Below the pieces are notes generated by a model. It made no database searches. It saw nothing but the letters and a program-made list of their open reading frames with translations, and had not been told where the DNA came from. Below are positions 9,943-19,326 of a stretch of 64,000 nt of DNA, in pieces. Both the position numbers and the translations under genes were made by a program. The number at the start of each line of letters is the position of its first letter. The first letter of the stretch is position 1. This stretch comes from Candidatus Tayloriibacteriota bacterium (GTDB taxonomy: Bacteria; Patescibacteriota; Minisyncoccia; Phycocordibacterales; CAIRYW01): the NCBI GenBank assembly GCA_028286725.1, contig JAQBQZ010000012.1, positions 5,562 to 69,561 of the forward strand, in the 5' to 3' direction.

Positions 9943-10485
9943 TTATTTTAGCCAATAAGTTCTAATAGTAACTGAGTATTCGGTAAGATTTTTTGGATCT
10001 GTTTTAAACGAAAGGCTTGTGATATCAACTAGACGAAGGCTCTGCTCAAGATCCTTTATGAATGAAACAAACTTAGGATATGTAGCTTTTGTTTTGAATG
10101 AGACTAGGATTGAAGAATAAAGTTTATTGTTTGGTCCGATTTGAGTTGTGCCATCAGATTTATCTTCGTTGATCTGAATTTTGCTTATGAGCATATTATG
10201 CTCTGGCAATCTCGCGATACCATTAATATCCAAAATGAGCTGAACGTTATCGATATGATCTGGGAGAAGTTTTTTGACTGAATCAAGATCAGTTTCACTA
10301 AAATGCTTATATTTATCCTGCAATTCCTGCCTTTTTTTAAGAACCTCATTTGATTTGCTGAATGCTTTTTCGTAGCTTGCAATATCCACCTGCAAACCTT
10401 GAATAGTCTGGTACACAGGACTAACATAGAACACAAAGATTCCGACAGAAGCAAGTATTAAGAAAATTGGAATTAAGCTTTTCAT
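9943..10485 (-). CDS. pilO: Pilus alignment protein PilO
   Basis: TM, coiled coil, LLP and F..FIKDLEQSLRLVDI motifs; synteny. Confidence 0.85.
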   Translation of the reverse strand: MKSLIPIFLILASVGIFVFYVSPVYQTIQGLQVDIASYEKAFSKSNEVLKKRQELQDKYKHFSETDLDSVKKLLPDHIDNVQLILDINGIARLPEHNMLISKIQINEDKSDGTTQIGPNNKLYSSILVSFKTKATYPKFVSFIKDLEQSLRLVDITSLSFKTDPKNLTEYSVTIRTYWLK

Positions 10486-11192
10486 TATTTTGTTGTTGGA
10501 TTAGGATTTGGATTAAGAAGATTATCGATCATGCTTGTGTTTGGTGTATTTGCTGCAGGCGTATTTGAAGGAGTGTTTATTATATTATCAGGACTCGCTG
10601 AAGTATCTGTACTAGCCTTTCTTGTGTAATTTATAAATCCAGGATCAATCTTTGTTGTGAAGTTAAAAATCACGTTGCCAAATGTATCAAGATCAAGATT
10701 AGAAAAGAGCGGAGTCTTCAAGGCTCTCTCCTTGCCAAATACCTCTGCCTGATACGCAACTGCGTTATAGCTCTTTGCCTGACCATTCATAGTAAGCGAC
10801 GCAGTTCCGTCTGGACCAACTTCATATTTGAAATCATTGAATTTTACACTCTGGATGGTTGACTCTTGAAGGAAGTCAAAAATATAAGACACTGCAACGT
10901 GGCTTGCGAGGAGAGTTTTGGCAGAATCAATACGGTTGTTAAGTCGTACATATTCATCAAGTGTTTGAGGTTCAAATGATTTCACATTTCGCTCAAGATC
11001 ACTCTGGATTTTTGCTTTTGAAGTCTCCAAATACTTATCCCATCCGAATGCGCCTCCGGCGACAAGTACTGTAATAAAAAAGATGATACTTGAAATAAAA
11101 GAAAAGAACCCGAGTGGCTTGTGCACGGTATTAGTAGCTATTGGATCGAGACTTGTCTTTGGTATGAAAGATGTTTGGAATTTTGTTTCCAT
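10485..11192 (-). CDS. pilN: Pilus alignment protein PilN-like
   Basis: METKFQTSFIPK start, TM, ferredoxin-like region; lies between pilM and pilO. Confidence 0.75.
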   Translation of the reverse strand: METKFQTSFIPKTSLDPIATNTVHKPLGFFSFISSIIFFITVLVAGGAFGWDKYLETSKAKIQSDLERNVKSFEPQTLDEYVRLNNRIDSAKTLLASHVAVSYIFDFLQESTIQSVKFNDFKYEVGPDGTASLTMNGQAKSYNAVAYQAEVFGKERALKTPLFSNLDLDTFGNVIFNFTTKIDPGFINYTRKASTDTSASPDNIINTPSNTPAANTPNTSMIDNLLNPNPNPTTK

Positions 11193-11330
11193 AAATTTAA
11201 AATAATTATAGCACAAATAAAAAAGTAAAGTGTACAAACCTAGTGGAAAAGTGCACGAGTATAGTTTCAAATAAATCAAAAAGAGCTGCGCCCAAGGGCG
11301 CAGCTCTTTTTTTACACTATATATATTAAG

Positions 11331-12449
11331 TTAATCCAATTCCTGAAGTTTACGAAGCGCTACTCCCACCGCCACCGCAAAATCAAGACCGGTCTGTTTT
11401 AATAGATCTGAAAGAAACACCGGCGCATCAACTTTTGCAAAAGGATTCCCGAGCACAACCTCTGTTTCAAATCGACTTCGTGCTGTTTCAAAAAATCCCT
11501 TCATCGCAACGCCACCTCCTGTGAGATATACTTTACTGATGCTTTTGTTATGCTTCTTTTGATATGACACCATAAGACCTCCCGCTTCACCGAAGATATA
11601 ATCAAGCGTAAGTCCCACTATTTCATAAACACTTTTCTGATCGGCTGGACTCACCTCTCCTAAATTTCTTTTGATCTTTTCTGCTTTTTCAATTGTTACC
11701 TGAAGCCCTTTTGAAATACTTTGCGTAATATCTTGAGACCCTTTGTTTATGATATGAGATTCTTTGACTACCCCTCTTTCTGAAATATAGATCTTTGTTG
11801 ATGATGCACCCATATCAAAAATCATTACAGGCGCGATCTCACGGTCAACAAGTGACCTGATAGATGCGAACATCTCGATCTCAAAAAAAGTTGTATGGAG
11901 TCCTGCAGCCTGCACAATTGAATTATATCCTTGCAAAATTTCGTTGTGTATTGAAACCAGGAGCACTTCTGTTTTATCTTGCTTCTGAATTTTCTTTTCT
12001 TTGTTTTCAATATCAAAATCAAAAGCCTTCTCTTCTTCTTTTGGAATGATCCACCAATCAAGCGCCACTTCTGAAATAGGAACAGGAATAAATTTTCTCG
12101 CTTCAATCGGAATCATCTCACGAAGTTTTGCTTCAGGAAGCGCAGGCATCTCAACCAAAGACACGAGAGATGATCGAAGTGGAATAGATACTCCGGAATT
12201 TAATGTGGTTGCGTTTGATTCTTTGATCACATCTCGGATCGCTTCACCTATTTTGTCAGGACCGAGATTTGTCGCCTGGCCAATAATGAGCCCCGCGTAC
12301 GGGCCGAGCGCAAGCGAACCATAAGTTTTGAGCACCGCTCTTCCTTTTACTTTTGCAAGCTGCACTATTTTAATTGCAGATGTACCAATATCAATACCAA
12401 TAACATTGGTATCAGATTTAGCAAAAAAGTTTTTAAAAGGATTATCCAT
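11331..12449 (-). CDS. pilM: Pilus assembly protein PilM
   Basis: GIDIGTSAIK, DMGASST, LTGGG and AVAVGVALR actin-fold motifs. Confidence 0.95.
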   Translation of the reverse strand: MDNPFKNFFAKSDTNVIGIDIGTSAIKIVQLAKVKGRAVLKTYGSLALGPYAGLIIGQATNLGPDKIGEAIRDVIKESNATTLNSGVSIPLRSSLVSLVEMPALPEAKLREMIPIEARKFIPVPISEVALDWWIIPKEEEKAFDFDIENKEKKIQKQDKTEVLLVSIHNEILQGYNSIVQAAGLHTTFFEIEMFASIRSLVDREIAPVMIFDMGASSTKIYISERGVVKESHIINKGSQDITQSISKGLQVTIEKAEKIKRNLGEVSPADQKSVYEIVGLTLDYIFGEAGGLMVSYQKKHNKSISKVYLTGGGVAMKGFFETARSRFETEVVLGNPFAKVDAPVFLSDLLKQTGLDFAVAVGVALRKLQELD

Positions 12450-12488
12450 AATATTTATTCTTGCACTATTGTATAATAGTATATCACA

Positions 12489-13340
12489 ATGTTTTCTAGA
12501 ACCCATCTCAAAATAAACCAAAATAAAAGAACGAAATCATTTGAGTATCCAAAACCAAAAATTTCGGCGAAAAATGAAGTTTCGTCGGTCAATGTAACAC
12601 CGTTACACCTCCCTCCTCATCCTCCATTTTTCTCTTCGAAATTTTTGGTTTTGTATTACTCATTTATTTTGAGATGGGTTCTAAATTTTTTCAAAAAAAT
12701 ACTCTCTTTTCCACAAAAAGCATTCTTGTTCGCCTTTACTGACACAGATACGAAACTCCGAGAGTTAAATCAACTTCCTCTTGCAAGCTGGGGCACGCTC
12801 GCTCATCCGATTCTTCATAGCGAAAACACCCTTTCAATATTTAATTACGATAATAAGATCATTCGCGGTGCGCTCTTCTATATAAAGAACAAGAAGAACG
12901 AAGAAACACTAGCTCAAATGTGCCAAATTGCAGTGGATATATTGCTTGAAGATCTTTCTGAACGCGAGATGCTTGAAAATTTTAGGGATCCCATCATTGT
13001 TTCAATACCCAGCTCAAAAGAACACATATTAAAGCGAGGATACAATCCGAGCGATATCATCGCCTCAAAAATATCTGAGCTTGGAAATATTCCTTATTTC
13101 AAAAACCTTTTGTATAAATCAAAGAACACTCCCGCACAAAAAACTCTCTCTCGATATGAGAGATTGAAGAATGTTAGAAATACTATGGCAATGAAACCAA
13201 AGGATCAGAATAAAATAAAAGAGAGATGCATCATCGTTGTTGACGACATTATGACAACCGGCGGCACACTCAAAGAAGCAAAAAGGGTTCTTCTCAAAGC
13301 TGGAGCAAGGAAAGTGATCGGACTCGCACTCGCACATTAA
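12489..13340 (+). CDS. comF: ComF family phosphoribosyltransferase-like competence protein (start uncertain)
   Basis: RGYNPS, ERLKNV and VVDDIMTTGGTL motifs. Confidence 0.85.
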   Translation: MFSRTHLKINQNKRTKSFEYPKPKISAKNEVSSVNVTPLHLPPHPPFFSSKFLVLYYSFILRWVLNFFKKILSFPQKAFLFAFTDTDTKLRELNQLPLASWGTLAHPILHSENTLSIFNYDNKIIRGALFYIKNKKNEETLAQMCQIAVDILLEDLSEREMLENFRDPIIVSIPSSKEHILKRGYNPSDIIASKISELGNIPYFKNLLYKSKNTPAQKTLSRYERLKNVRNTMAMKPKDQNKIKERCIIVVDDIMTTGGTLKEAKRVLLKAGARKVIGLALAH

Positions 13341-13347
13341 TGAAAGC

Positions 13348-13390
13348 AAAATAAAACGCACCGAACCTTTCGGTTCGGTGCGTTTTATTT
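13348..13390. terminator. Bidirectional terminator
   Basis: aaaataaaacgcaccgaacc-tttc-ggttcggtgcgttttatttt between convergent genes. Confidence 0.8.
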
Positions 13391-14143
13391 TTATTTTGCT
13401 TTCGTAAACAATACTGTCGGCACACCGTCCGCCTGATTGTCGCTGAAATCATAATTGTGAAGTGAATTCATAAACACCTCATAATCATATCGATGCCCTA
13501 CTCCATCCTTATCATCTCCTGGATCATGAGTAATAAATTCCTTTGTCTTATCATCAAACCCAATCACGATGATCGTATGATAAGAAGACCCTGTTGCAAG
13601 AAATGGAATATTTTTGTTGCCAAGCCCGAATCCTCTATGGAGAGATATTACAGGACGCCCTGCGATTATTTCGTCTTTGATCTCATCTACCGTTGGATTC
13701 TGCTTGATTGTCGCAGAGAATGTTGAATAGTCTGTAATGAGCTTCAACATTTGTTTGGCATCAGTATTTCTATTGTTGCCATAGATCTTATTTTCAATAT
13801 CGAAGAGTTTTTGAAGTGTTGCCTTCGCATTTGCCACACTTACCTCTTTGTCTCCTGCATAGAACTTTGCAGCCATAGAGATCGTTGCCTCTTCACACGC
13901 ATTGACCCAATTGCCTGACCAGTTGCCTTCAGGCGCTTCACTTATATAAGGAACAGCGAGCTCTACAAGTGTTTTTGGTTCTTCAGGCTTGAATATGTTT
14001 ACTATCTTAGAAACCGCGGTCGTTGTCGCATCTGTAGTTCGAGCAACCTTGACTGTCTCAGACACTTTACTTCGATGATAAAGAAAGATGCTTAAGATAA
14101 TGAAGAACGTGAGGAGTATCGCTAATCGAATTTTGTTTCTCAT
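13391..14143 (-). CDS. C39-like peptidase, membrane anchored
   Basis: VPYISEAP..W..ACEEA (Cys), YHTIIVIGFD (His), HDPG (Asp). Confidence 0.8.
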   Translation of the reverse strand: MRNKIRLAILLTFFIILSIFLYHRSKVSETVKVARTTDATTTAVSKIVNIFKPEEPKTLVELAVPYISEAPEGNWSGNWVNACEEATISMAAKFYAGDKEVSVANAKATLQKLFDIENKIYGNNRNTDAKQMLKLITDYSTFSATIKQNPTVDEIKDEIIAGRPVISLHRGFGLGNKNIPFLATGSSYHTIIVIGFDDKTKEFITHDPGDDKDGVGHRYDYEVFMNSLHNYDFSDNQADGVPTVLFTKAK

Positions 14144-14169
14144 CTTATTAATATAACACGGATATTAAT

Positions 14170-15294
14170 TTATTTTGTCTTGAATGATTGTCTGTCACCC
14201 TTCACTGTTCCAATCTCATTTTCAGATACGAGTCTAAAGTAGTAAGTTGTCTTTGATTTGAGATTCTCTGCAGTTGATTTTACAACAACATTTTTTGCAT
14301 CAGTACCAATAGTAAGCTGATCAGTTCGACTCAAGAGTGCTGCGCTGAACTGTGAATCAGTACTGTATTCAAACCAATATGTTGTTATCTTACCATTCGC
14401 ACTTAGAACTCCATTCAATTGCGCACTCGTAGTCTTGATTGAAGTCGCGTCATTAGTCTTTGCAGAAGGTGCACTTGTGCTTGGTCCCGCAGTTTTGAAT
14501 GTTTGTACCGAACCATTTACTGTTCCAAATTGATTCTGCGCATTGATACGGTAGTAATAAGTAGTATTTGCAGCAAGATTACCTATCACAACTGATTTGC
14601 TTAATTTTGTACTGCCCACTCCTGTACTTGCAGCGATCGTACTGTTGCCCATATCTGCATTCTGACCGTATTCAAACCAGAATTTTGTATCAGCCTTGTT
14701 TGGAGTTACTTCACCATTAAGCGTTGCACCCGTGTCAGAGATATCACTTACAGATACAGTTCGAACTGTTGGCGCACTTCCCTCTGGTGCAGATACTCCG
14801 CTTGTTGTTCTAAATGAATATATAGTACCTTGAGATTTATCAAACTGATTTTGTGCAACAAGTCTAAAATAATATGTTGTGTTTTTTGTAAGCCCTGTGA
14901 TATACGCAGGAGCACTGAGATTATAATATCCTGATCCGAGCAGCTGATCTGCTGATCTGCTTCCTAGATTTTGAGTTGTACTATACTCATACCAATAGTT
15001 AGTAAACGCTCCATTTGGAGTTACCATACCTGTAAGTATTGCTGTTGTATCTGTTGGATATACAGTCGCATTAGTAACGGCAATTGGCGCACCAGCTTTT
15101 TGAGCCGCAGCAGTTCCAGAATTATCAGAAGAATCGGAACCAGAATTATTACCTTGAACAGGAGTAGAATTATCCGTTACGGTTACTGTCGAAGGCGAAG
15201 TTTGATAAGTGCTCTTTGTCACAATAAATACGATCCCTGTAACTACTATCAAAGCGCCTATTACCCCTAAAACTATACCTGTGTTTTTAGTCAT
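14170..15294 (-). CDS. Membrane-anchored protein with three fibronectin type III repeats
   Basis: Three repeats of L.G.V.PN...T.YWFEY...L..NTTYYFR....N..G. Confidence 0.85.
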   Translation of the reverse strand: MTKNTGIVLGVIGALIVVTGIVFIVTKSTYQTSPSTVTVTDNSTPVQGNNSGSDSSDNSGTAAAQKAGAPIAVTNATVYPTDTTAILTGMVTPNGAFTNYWYEYSTTQNLGSRSADQLLGSGYYNLSAPAYITGLTKNTTYYFRLVAQNQFDKSQGTIYSFRTTSGVSAPEGSAPTVRTVSVSDISDTGATLNGEVTPNKADTKFWFEYGQNADMGNSTIAASTGVGSTKLSKSVVIGNLAANTTYYYRINAQNQFGTVNGSVQTFKTAGPSTSAPSAKTNDATSIKTTSAQLNGVLSANGKITTYWFEYSTDSQFSAALLSRTDQLTIGTDAKNVVVKSTAENLKSKTTYYFRLVSENEIGTVKGDRQSFKTK

Positions 15295-15376
15295 AAAAAT
15301 TAATTAAACTTATATGTATTGAAGACGCTAGCATTATAAAAGCATTACAAAATAACTTAGAAAGATGCGCCCAGCA

Positions 15377-15766
15377 TTAAATGAGCACCCTCTTCTCTAT
15401 ACAAAATGGAAGGATATAATTTTTTAAATCTAAATCGAGATCAAGCTTATCAAGCTCAAATCTGTTTACATAATTCCACAAATCAACCCCCTCAACATTT
15501 AAATTTATTCCACCCAAAAGTCTGATATCAAAAAGTGAAAATCTTTTTAGGTTTTTACCCTCAGTGATTTCTATATCACCTAACCGACTCATGATCTTTA
15601 AGTCCGTCCCAATGCGCCTCCGAATATAATGAATAAGTCTAATCTCTTCCCTGCTGTCTGTGGCGTCGATCATGGGACAGTACCAAAATCCGGTGTCTTT
15701 TTCTCTTAAGATAAAGAGTTTGTTATCTATCACAGATATTCCGACAATGAATTGGCTGGTCTTCAT
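15377..15766 (-). CDS. Hypothetical protein, possibly a degenerate NUDIX fold
   Basis: K.FILR...GFW..P start resembles NUDIX proteins, but the Nudix-box glutamates are missing. Confidence 0.4.
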   Translation of the reverse strand: MKTSQFIVGISVIDNKLFILREKDTGFWYCPMIDATDSREEIRLIHYIRRRIGTDLKIMSRLGDIEITEGKNLKRFSLFDIRLLGGINLNVEGVDLWNYVNRFELDKLDLDLDLKNYILPFCIEKRVLI

Positions 15767-15883
15767 AAAAAAATATGTTACATATTATTATATGTGCATT
15801 GAATTAAATCGTAAACTAACTGTTGTTGATAAAGGGAGCGAGAGTTGGTCACAGATAATTTACTCGCCGTCGCAAAATGATTT

Positions 15884-16062
15884 GGGAGAGCGAGATATTC
15901 GATCGTTACACGATCAGTACCCCGATTGGATAATTTATTTCGTAAGCTCATAAATTATACTCAATCGGGCTTCGAATCTCGCACGCAAGCCATCCCAGGC
16001 TTGCTTCTCTCCGCAAAAATATAAAAGCCTCAGCAATTATTGCTGAGGCTTTTATATTTTTG
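15884..16062. repeat. tRNA-3'-end-mirroring structured element, copy A (tRNA-Ser ACT)
   Basis: Hairpin abutting the tRNA 3' end; inverted tRNA 3' end at 15971-16014 split by a 23-nt hairpin; degenerate direct copy at 15884-15902. Confidence 0.75.
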
Positions 16063-16149
16063 CGGAGAGAGCGAGATTCGAACTCGCGAGACCGGTTAGG
16101 GTCCGGCGGTTTAGTAAACCGCTGATTTCAACCACTCATCCACCTCTCC
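16063..16149 (-). tRNA. tRNA-Ser(ACT)
   Basis: Cloverleaf GGAGAGG...TCTCTCC-G, anticodon arm GCGGT-TTACTAA-ACCGC, long variable arm, G73; CCA not encoded. Confidence 0.9.
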
Positions 16150-16215
16150 TTACGAGAGACAATATATCCTATTTTATCAATTTAGTATAGAGAATACAGA
16201 TACAATATTTGAGAG

Positions 16216-16743
16216 CTATTTTACCTCCTTAAGTTCGAGTGAAATATCAAGCACCACTTCATCCGAGAGAACGAATCCCCCTGTCTCAACAGCAGCATTC
16301 CACGTAAGTCCAAAATCTTTTCGACTGAGGCTTCCTTCAATATCAACACCTGCTATCTGAAGCCCGTCACCACCCTTTGAAATACCATTAAAATGTGCAG
16401 TGAGTGCAATTTCTTTCGTCACTCCATGCATTGTGAAATTACCTATTACTTCATATACATTTCCAGATCCTTGGCTAATCTTTGTTGATTCAAATGCCAG
16501 CTCTGGAAATTTTTCTACATCAAAAAAATCAGCAGATCTCAAGTGTCCATCACGCTGTTCATTATGGGTACTAATACTTGCTGCCTTTGTAGTGAATGTT
16601 ACTTTTGCAGTCTCATAATTGTCTCCCTCTGCAACAACTGATCCTGAAAAGTCGGCAAACTTGCCCTTAACTGTTGAGACCATCATATGTTTAATCTTAA
16701 AACCGATCTCTGAGTGCACACTATCAATATTCCATGTTGTCAT
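16216..16743 (-). CDS. YceI family protein
   Basis: WNIDSVHSEIGF, RDGHLRSADFFD, RKDFGLTWN. Confidence 0.95.
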   Translation of the reverse strand: MTTWNIDSVHSEIGFKIKHMMVSTVKGKFADFSGSVVAEGDNYETAKVTFTTKAASISTHNEQRDGHLRSADFFDVEKFPELAFESTKISQGSGNVYEVIGNFTMHGVTKEIALTAHFNGISKGGDGLQIAGVDIEGSLSRKDFGLTWNAAVETGGFVLSDEVVLDISLELKEVK

Positions 16744-16785
16744 AATTGTATTTGCTTTAATGTATAAAAATGATATTCTTTATCA

Positions 16786-16808
16786 AGTACTATAGATTAT
16801 ATAGTACT
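16786..16808. promoter_or_regulatory. Palindromic operator candidate between yceI and the HxlR gene
   Basis: agtactata-gatta-tatagtact inverted repeat. Confidence 0.55.
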
Positions 16809-16823
16809 ATAAAAAATATAGCA

Positions 16824-17138
16824 ATGATCAAAAAGCCAGCAAATACACTCGAAGAGAAATGCACAAAGAACCTAAAAATATTTGGGGACTTTTGGACATT
16901 GTGGGTGATTGACGTTCTTTCTAAAGAAGACCTCCGTTACTGTGGCATCCAACGAGCGCTTCAAAACATTAATCCTGTAACACTCACAAACAGGCTCCAA
17001 AAACTAGAAAAAGCCAACATAATCAAAAGAACAGAAGACAAAATCGATAAGGTATCGGTCACTTATAGCCTCACTCCTTTAGGCAAGAAAACTCTTCCCA
17101 TCATTCAAGCCATAAATAATTTTAGAGCAAAAAAATAA
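16824..17138 (+). CDS. HxlR family winged-helix regulator
   Basis: C...L..FGDFWTL, TLTNRLQKLE, V.YSLTPLG; divergent from yceI. Confidence 0.9.
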   Translation: MIKKPANTLEEKCTKNLKIFGDFWTLWVIDVLSKEDLRYCGIQRALQNINPVTLTNRLQKLEKANIIKRTEDKIDKVSVTYSLTPLGKKTLPIIQAINNFRAKK

Positions 17139-17178
17139 AACATTTTCATAATCATTAAGATTTCAAGTATTGCCTCTT

Positions 17179-17231
17179 TTGACATATTTTAACCTTTGGT
17201 ATATAATACTTAGGTATACTAACTATTAGTA
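17179..17231 (+). promoter_or_regulatory. Sigma70 promoter and MarR operator candidate
   Basis: TTGACA-17 nt-TATAAT (17179-17207) followed by the palindrome tactaa-cta-ttagta. Confidence 0.7.
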
Positions 17232-17245
17232 ATGCTTACAATATT

Positions 17246-17680
17246 ATGAAAGATATCAAAAAACCAAAAGAAATAACCTTAGAGGTGGCCCTCCTAGATC
17301 TTCGAAGAGCTATGACTGACGCTCTCAAAGACCAAGCAGTCAAACTCGGACAATCAGTAGTGCATATTGAGGTTTTAAAATTTGTGCTTGAAACTGGAGA
17401 TCCTACAATGAAGTCCTTATCGGCTCACTTGAAAATCACTCCCCCATCGACCTCTACGCTTGTCGACGGACTTGTCGAAAAAGGTTTCCTCGAGCGAATA
17501 CTCGATGTAAAGGATCGTCGAGCAATACGCCTTAAACTTACAACCAAGTCCCACAAGCTCTTTGCGAAACTGCACAAAAGCAAGATATCGATCTTCAATG
17601 AAATATTAACCCGGTTGAACGAAGAAGATAAAAAGCAGTTGGCCCACTTACTTACCAAATGTTTAAATATTAAAAAATAA
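17246..17680 (+). CDS. MarR family regulator
   Basis: LVDGLVEKGFLER..DVKDRR...L.LT. Confidence 0.9.
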   Translation: MKDIKKPKEITLEVALLDLRRAMTDALKDQAVKLGQSVVHIEVLKFVLETGDPTMKSLSAHLKITPPSTSTLVDGLVEKGFLERILDVKDRRAIRLKLTTKSHKLFAKLHKSKISIFNEILTRLNEEDKKQLAHLLTKCLNIKK

Positions 17681-17687
17681 TAAATTT

Positions 17688-18677
17688 ATGAAATCAAAAA
17701 TTAGCCACACACTTTCAAGTCCAAAAATAATTGTTCCTGTTGCAATAGTGGTAACCGTTGCACTAGCTCTTTTCATATACCCTATGGTTGGTAACGCTCC
17801 ACAAACAAACATCCAAGTTGGAAATGATCTCGGGGTGGTGCCAAACACAGATGGCACACTCAGTCTTTCATTCCCAAAAAGCGGACGTGTTGAATCAGTA
17901 ACAGTTAAAAATGGTACCAAAGTAACAAAAGGGCAAATAATCGCAACTCTTTCTGCTCCTGATGCAAAAGGACTTATCAACCAAACTAAAGGCGCGCTCA
18001 CACTTGCACAGGCACAATACGCTTCTCTTGATCTCACTTACGCAAATACAAAAAAGCAGCAAGATGCTCTTGTTGATGCTGCATACCAGACATTACTAAA
18101 GACAACACCTGAAGCGGTTGCGTTCGACACAAATACGAACCATCTCACCACTGCATATGAACTCCCAGTTATAAGTGGCAACTATTCACTTGGACAAGAG
18201 GGTACAATAACAATTAAGACATATGCTTCTGGTCGAGGAATGTCTTTTGATGCAACAGGCCTCGTCAAAGATGAGAACGCAATCACTGCAAATCCTGTAC
18301 CACTTGGCAACTCAGGACTTTCAATCCTATTCCCTGCAACGTTAACATCAGACCTTGTATGGACTATTTCAATTCCTAATATCCGAAGTGAAAATTACGC
18401 AGCAAATAAAAATGCTTATGATCTAGCGGTAGTAAACCGAGACAAAGTACTTTCTGAACTTATGCAAAACATTCAAGGTTCTGGAGGTAATGGAAGTGTG
18501 GCCAAAGCACAGGTAGATGCAGCAGAAGGCGCATATGAATCAGCGCTCGGAGCATATCAAAACAATGTCATAACAAGTCCAATTGATGGAACAGTAAGCT
18601 TCATTGATTCAGACCTTATGGTTGGTCAAACGATTGCTGCAGGTAAAACAATGATAAATATTATCCCAAATAAATAA
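17688..18677 (+). CDS. HlyD/membrane fusion protein
   Basis: TM, lipoyl half-motifs SGRVESVTVKNG.KV.KGQ and ITSPIDGTV, coiled coils. Confidence 0.8.
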   Translation: MKSKISHTLSSPKIIVPVAIVVTVALALFIYPMVGNAPQTNIQVGNDLGVVPNTDGTLSLSFPKSGRVESVTVKNGTKVTKGQIIATLSAPDAKGLINQTKGALTLAQAQYASLDLTYANTKKQQDALVDAAYQTLLKTTPEAVAFDTNTNHLTTAYELPVISGNYSLGQEGTITIKTYASGRGMSFDATGLVKDENAITANPVPLGNSGLSILFPATLTSDLVWTISIPNIRSENYAANKNAYDLAVVNRDKVLSELMQNIQGSGGNGSVAKAQVDAAEGAYESALGAYQNNVITSPIDGTVSFIDSDLMVGQTIAAGKTMINIIPNK

Positions 18678-18682
18678 TTTCT

Positions 18683-19318
18683 ATGGAAACACAAACAAAA
18701 CAAAGCACATTTAAAAAACCTTGGGTACAAAGTCTAATAGGAATACTTGTCTGCGCTGCAATTCTCGGCTCAATCATCGGGTATAAAATTGTATCAAACA
18801 AAATCAGTATCGACCTTGGTACAATCTCAGCACCAGTAATCACAATCAGTCCAGAACAGTCAGGCATACTTGATACTGTCTATGTAAATGCAGGTCAAGA
18901 AGTAACAGCAGGTCAGGCTCTCGCCCATATCGGTGGTGAAACACTTTATGCAAAGATTGCAGGAACAGTTCTCACAACAGAAAATGTTCCAGGTCAGATC
19001 TTCAATCCTAATCAAGCCGTCGTTACAATGATCGATCCGCAAGCTTTAAGAGTTGTCGGTACCATTGATGAAAACAAAGGACTATCAGACATCAAAGTTG
19101 GTGACGTTGCGTCATTTACAGTGGATGCATTCGGAAGTCAAAAATTTGCAGGAGTTGTAGAAGAAATAAGCCCTACTTCAAAAGATTCAGGAGTAGCATT
19201 TTCAATCTCGGACAAAAGAGAAGTCAGAAAATTCACTATTAAAATCAAATACGACAACAATGCTCATCCAGAATTCAAAAATGGAATGTCAGCAAAGATT
19301 GATGTATTTATAAAATAA
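18683..19318 (+). CDS. Short EmrA-like membrane fusion protein
   Basis: Lipoyl and beta-barrel motifs, KNGMSA end; almost no alpha-hairpin. Confidence 0.8.
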   Translation: METQTKQSTFKKPWVQSLIGILVCAAILGSIIGYKIVSNKISIDLGTISAPVITISPEQSGILDTVYVNAGQEVTAGQALAHIGGETLYAKIAGTVLTTENVPGQIFNPNQAVVTMIDPQALRVVGTIDENKGLSDIKVGDVASFTVDAFGSQKFAGVVEEISPTSKDSGVAFSISDKREVRKFTIKIKYDNNAHPEFKNGMSAKIDVFIK

Positions 19319-19326
19319 ATTCTCAA

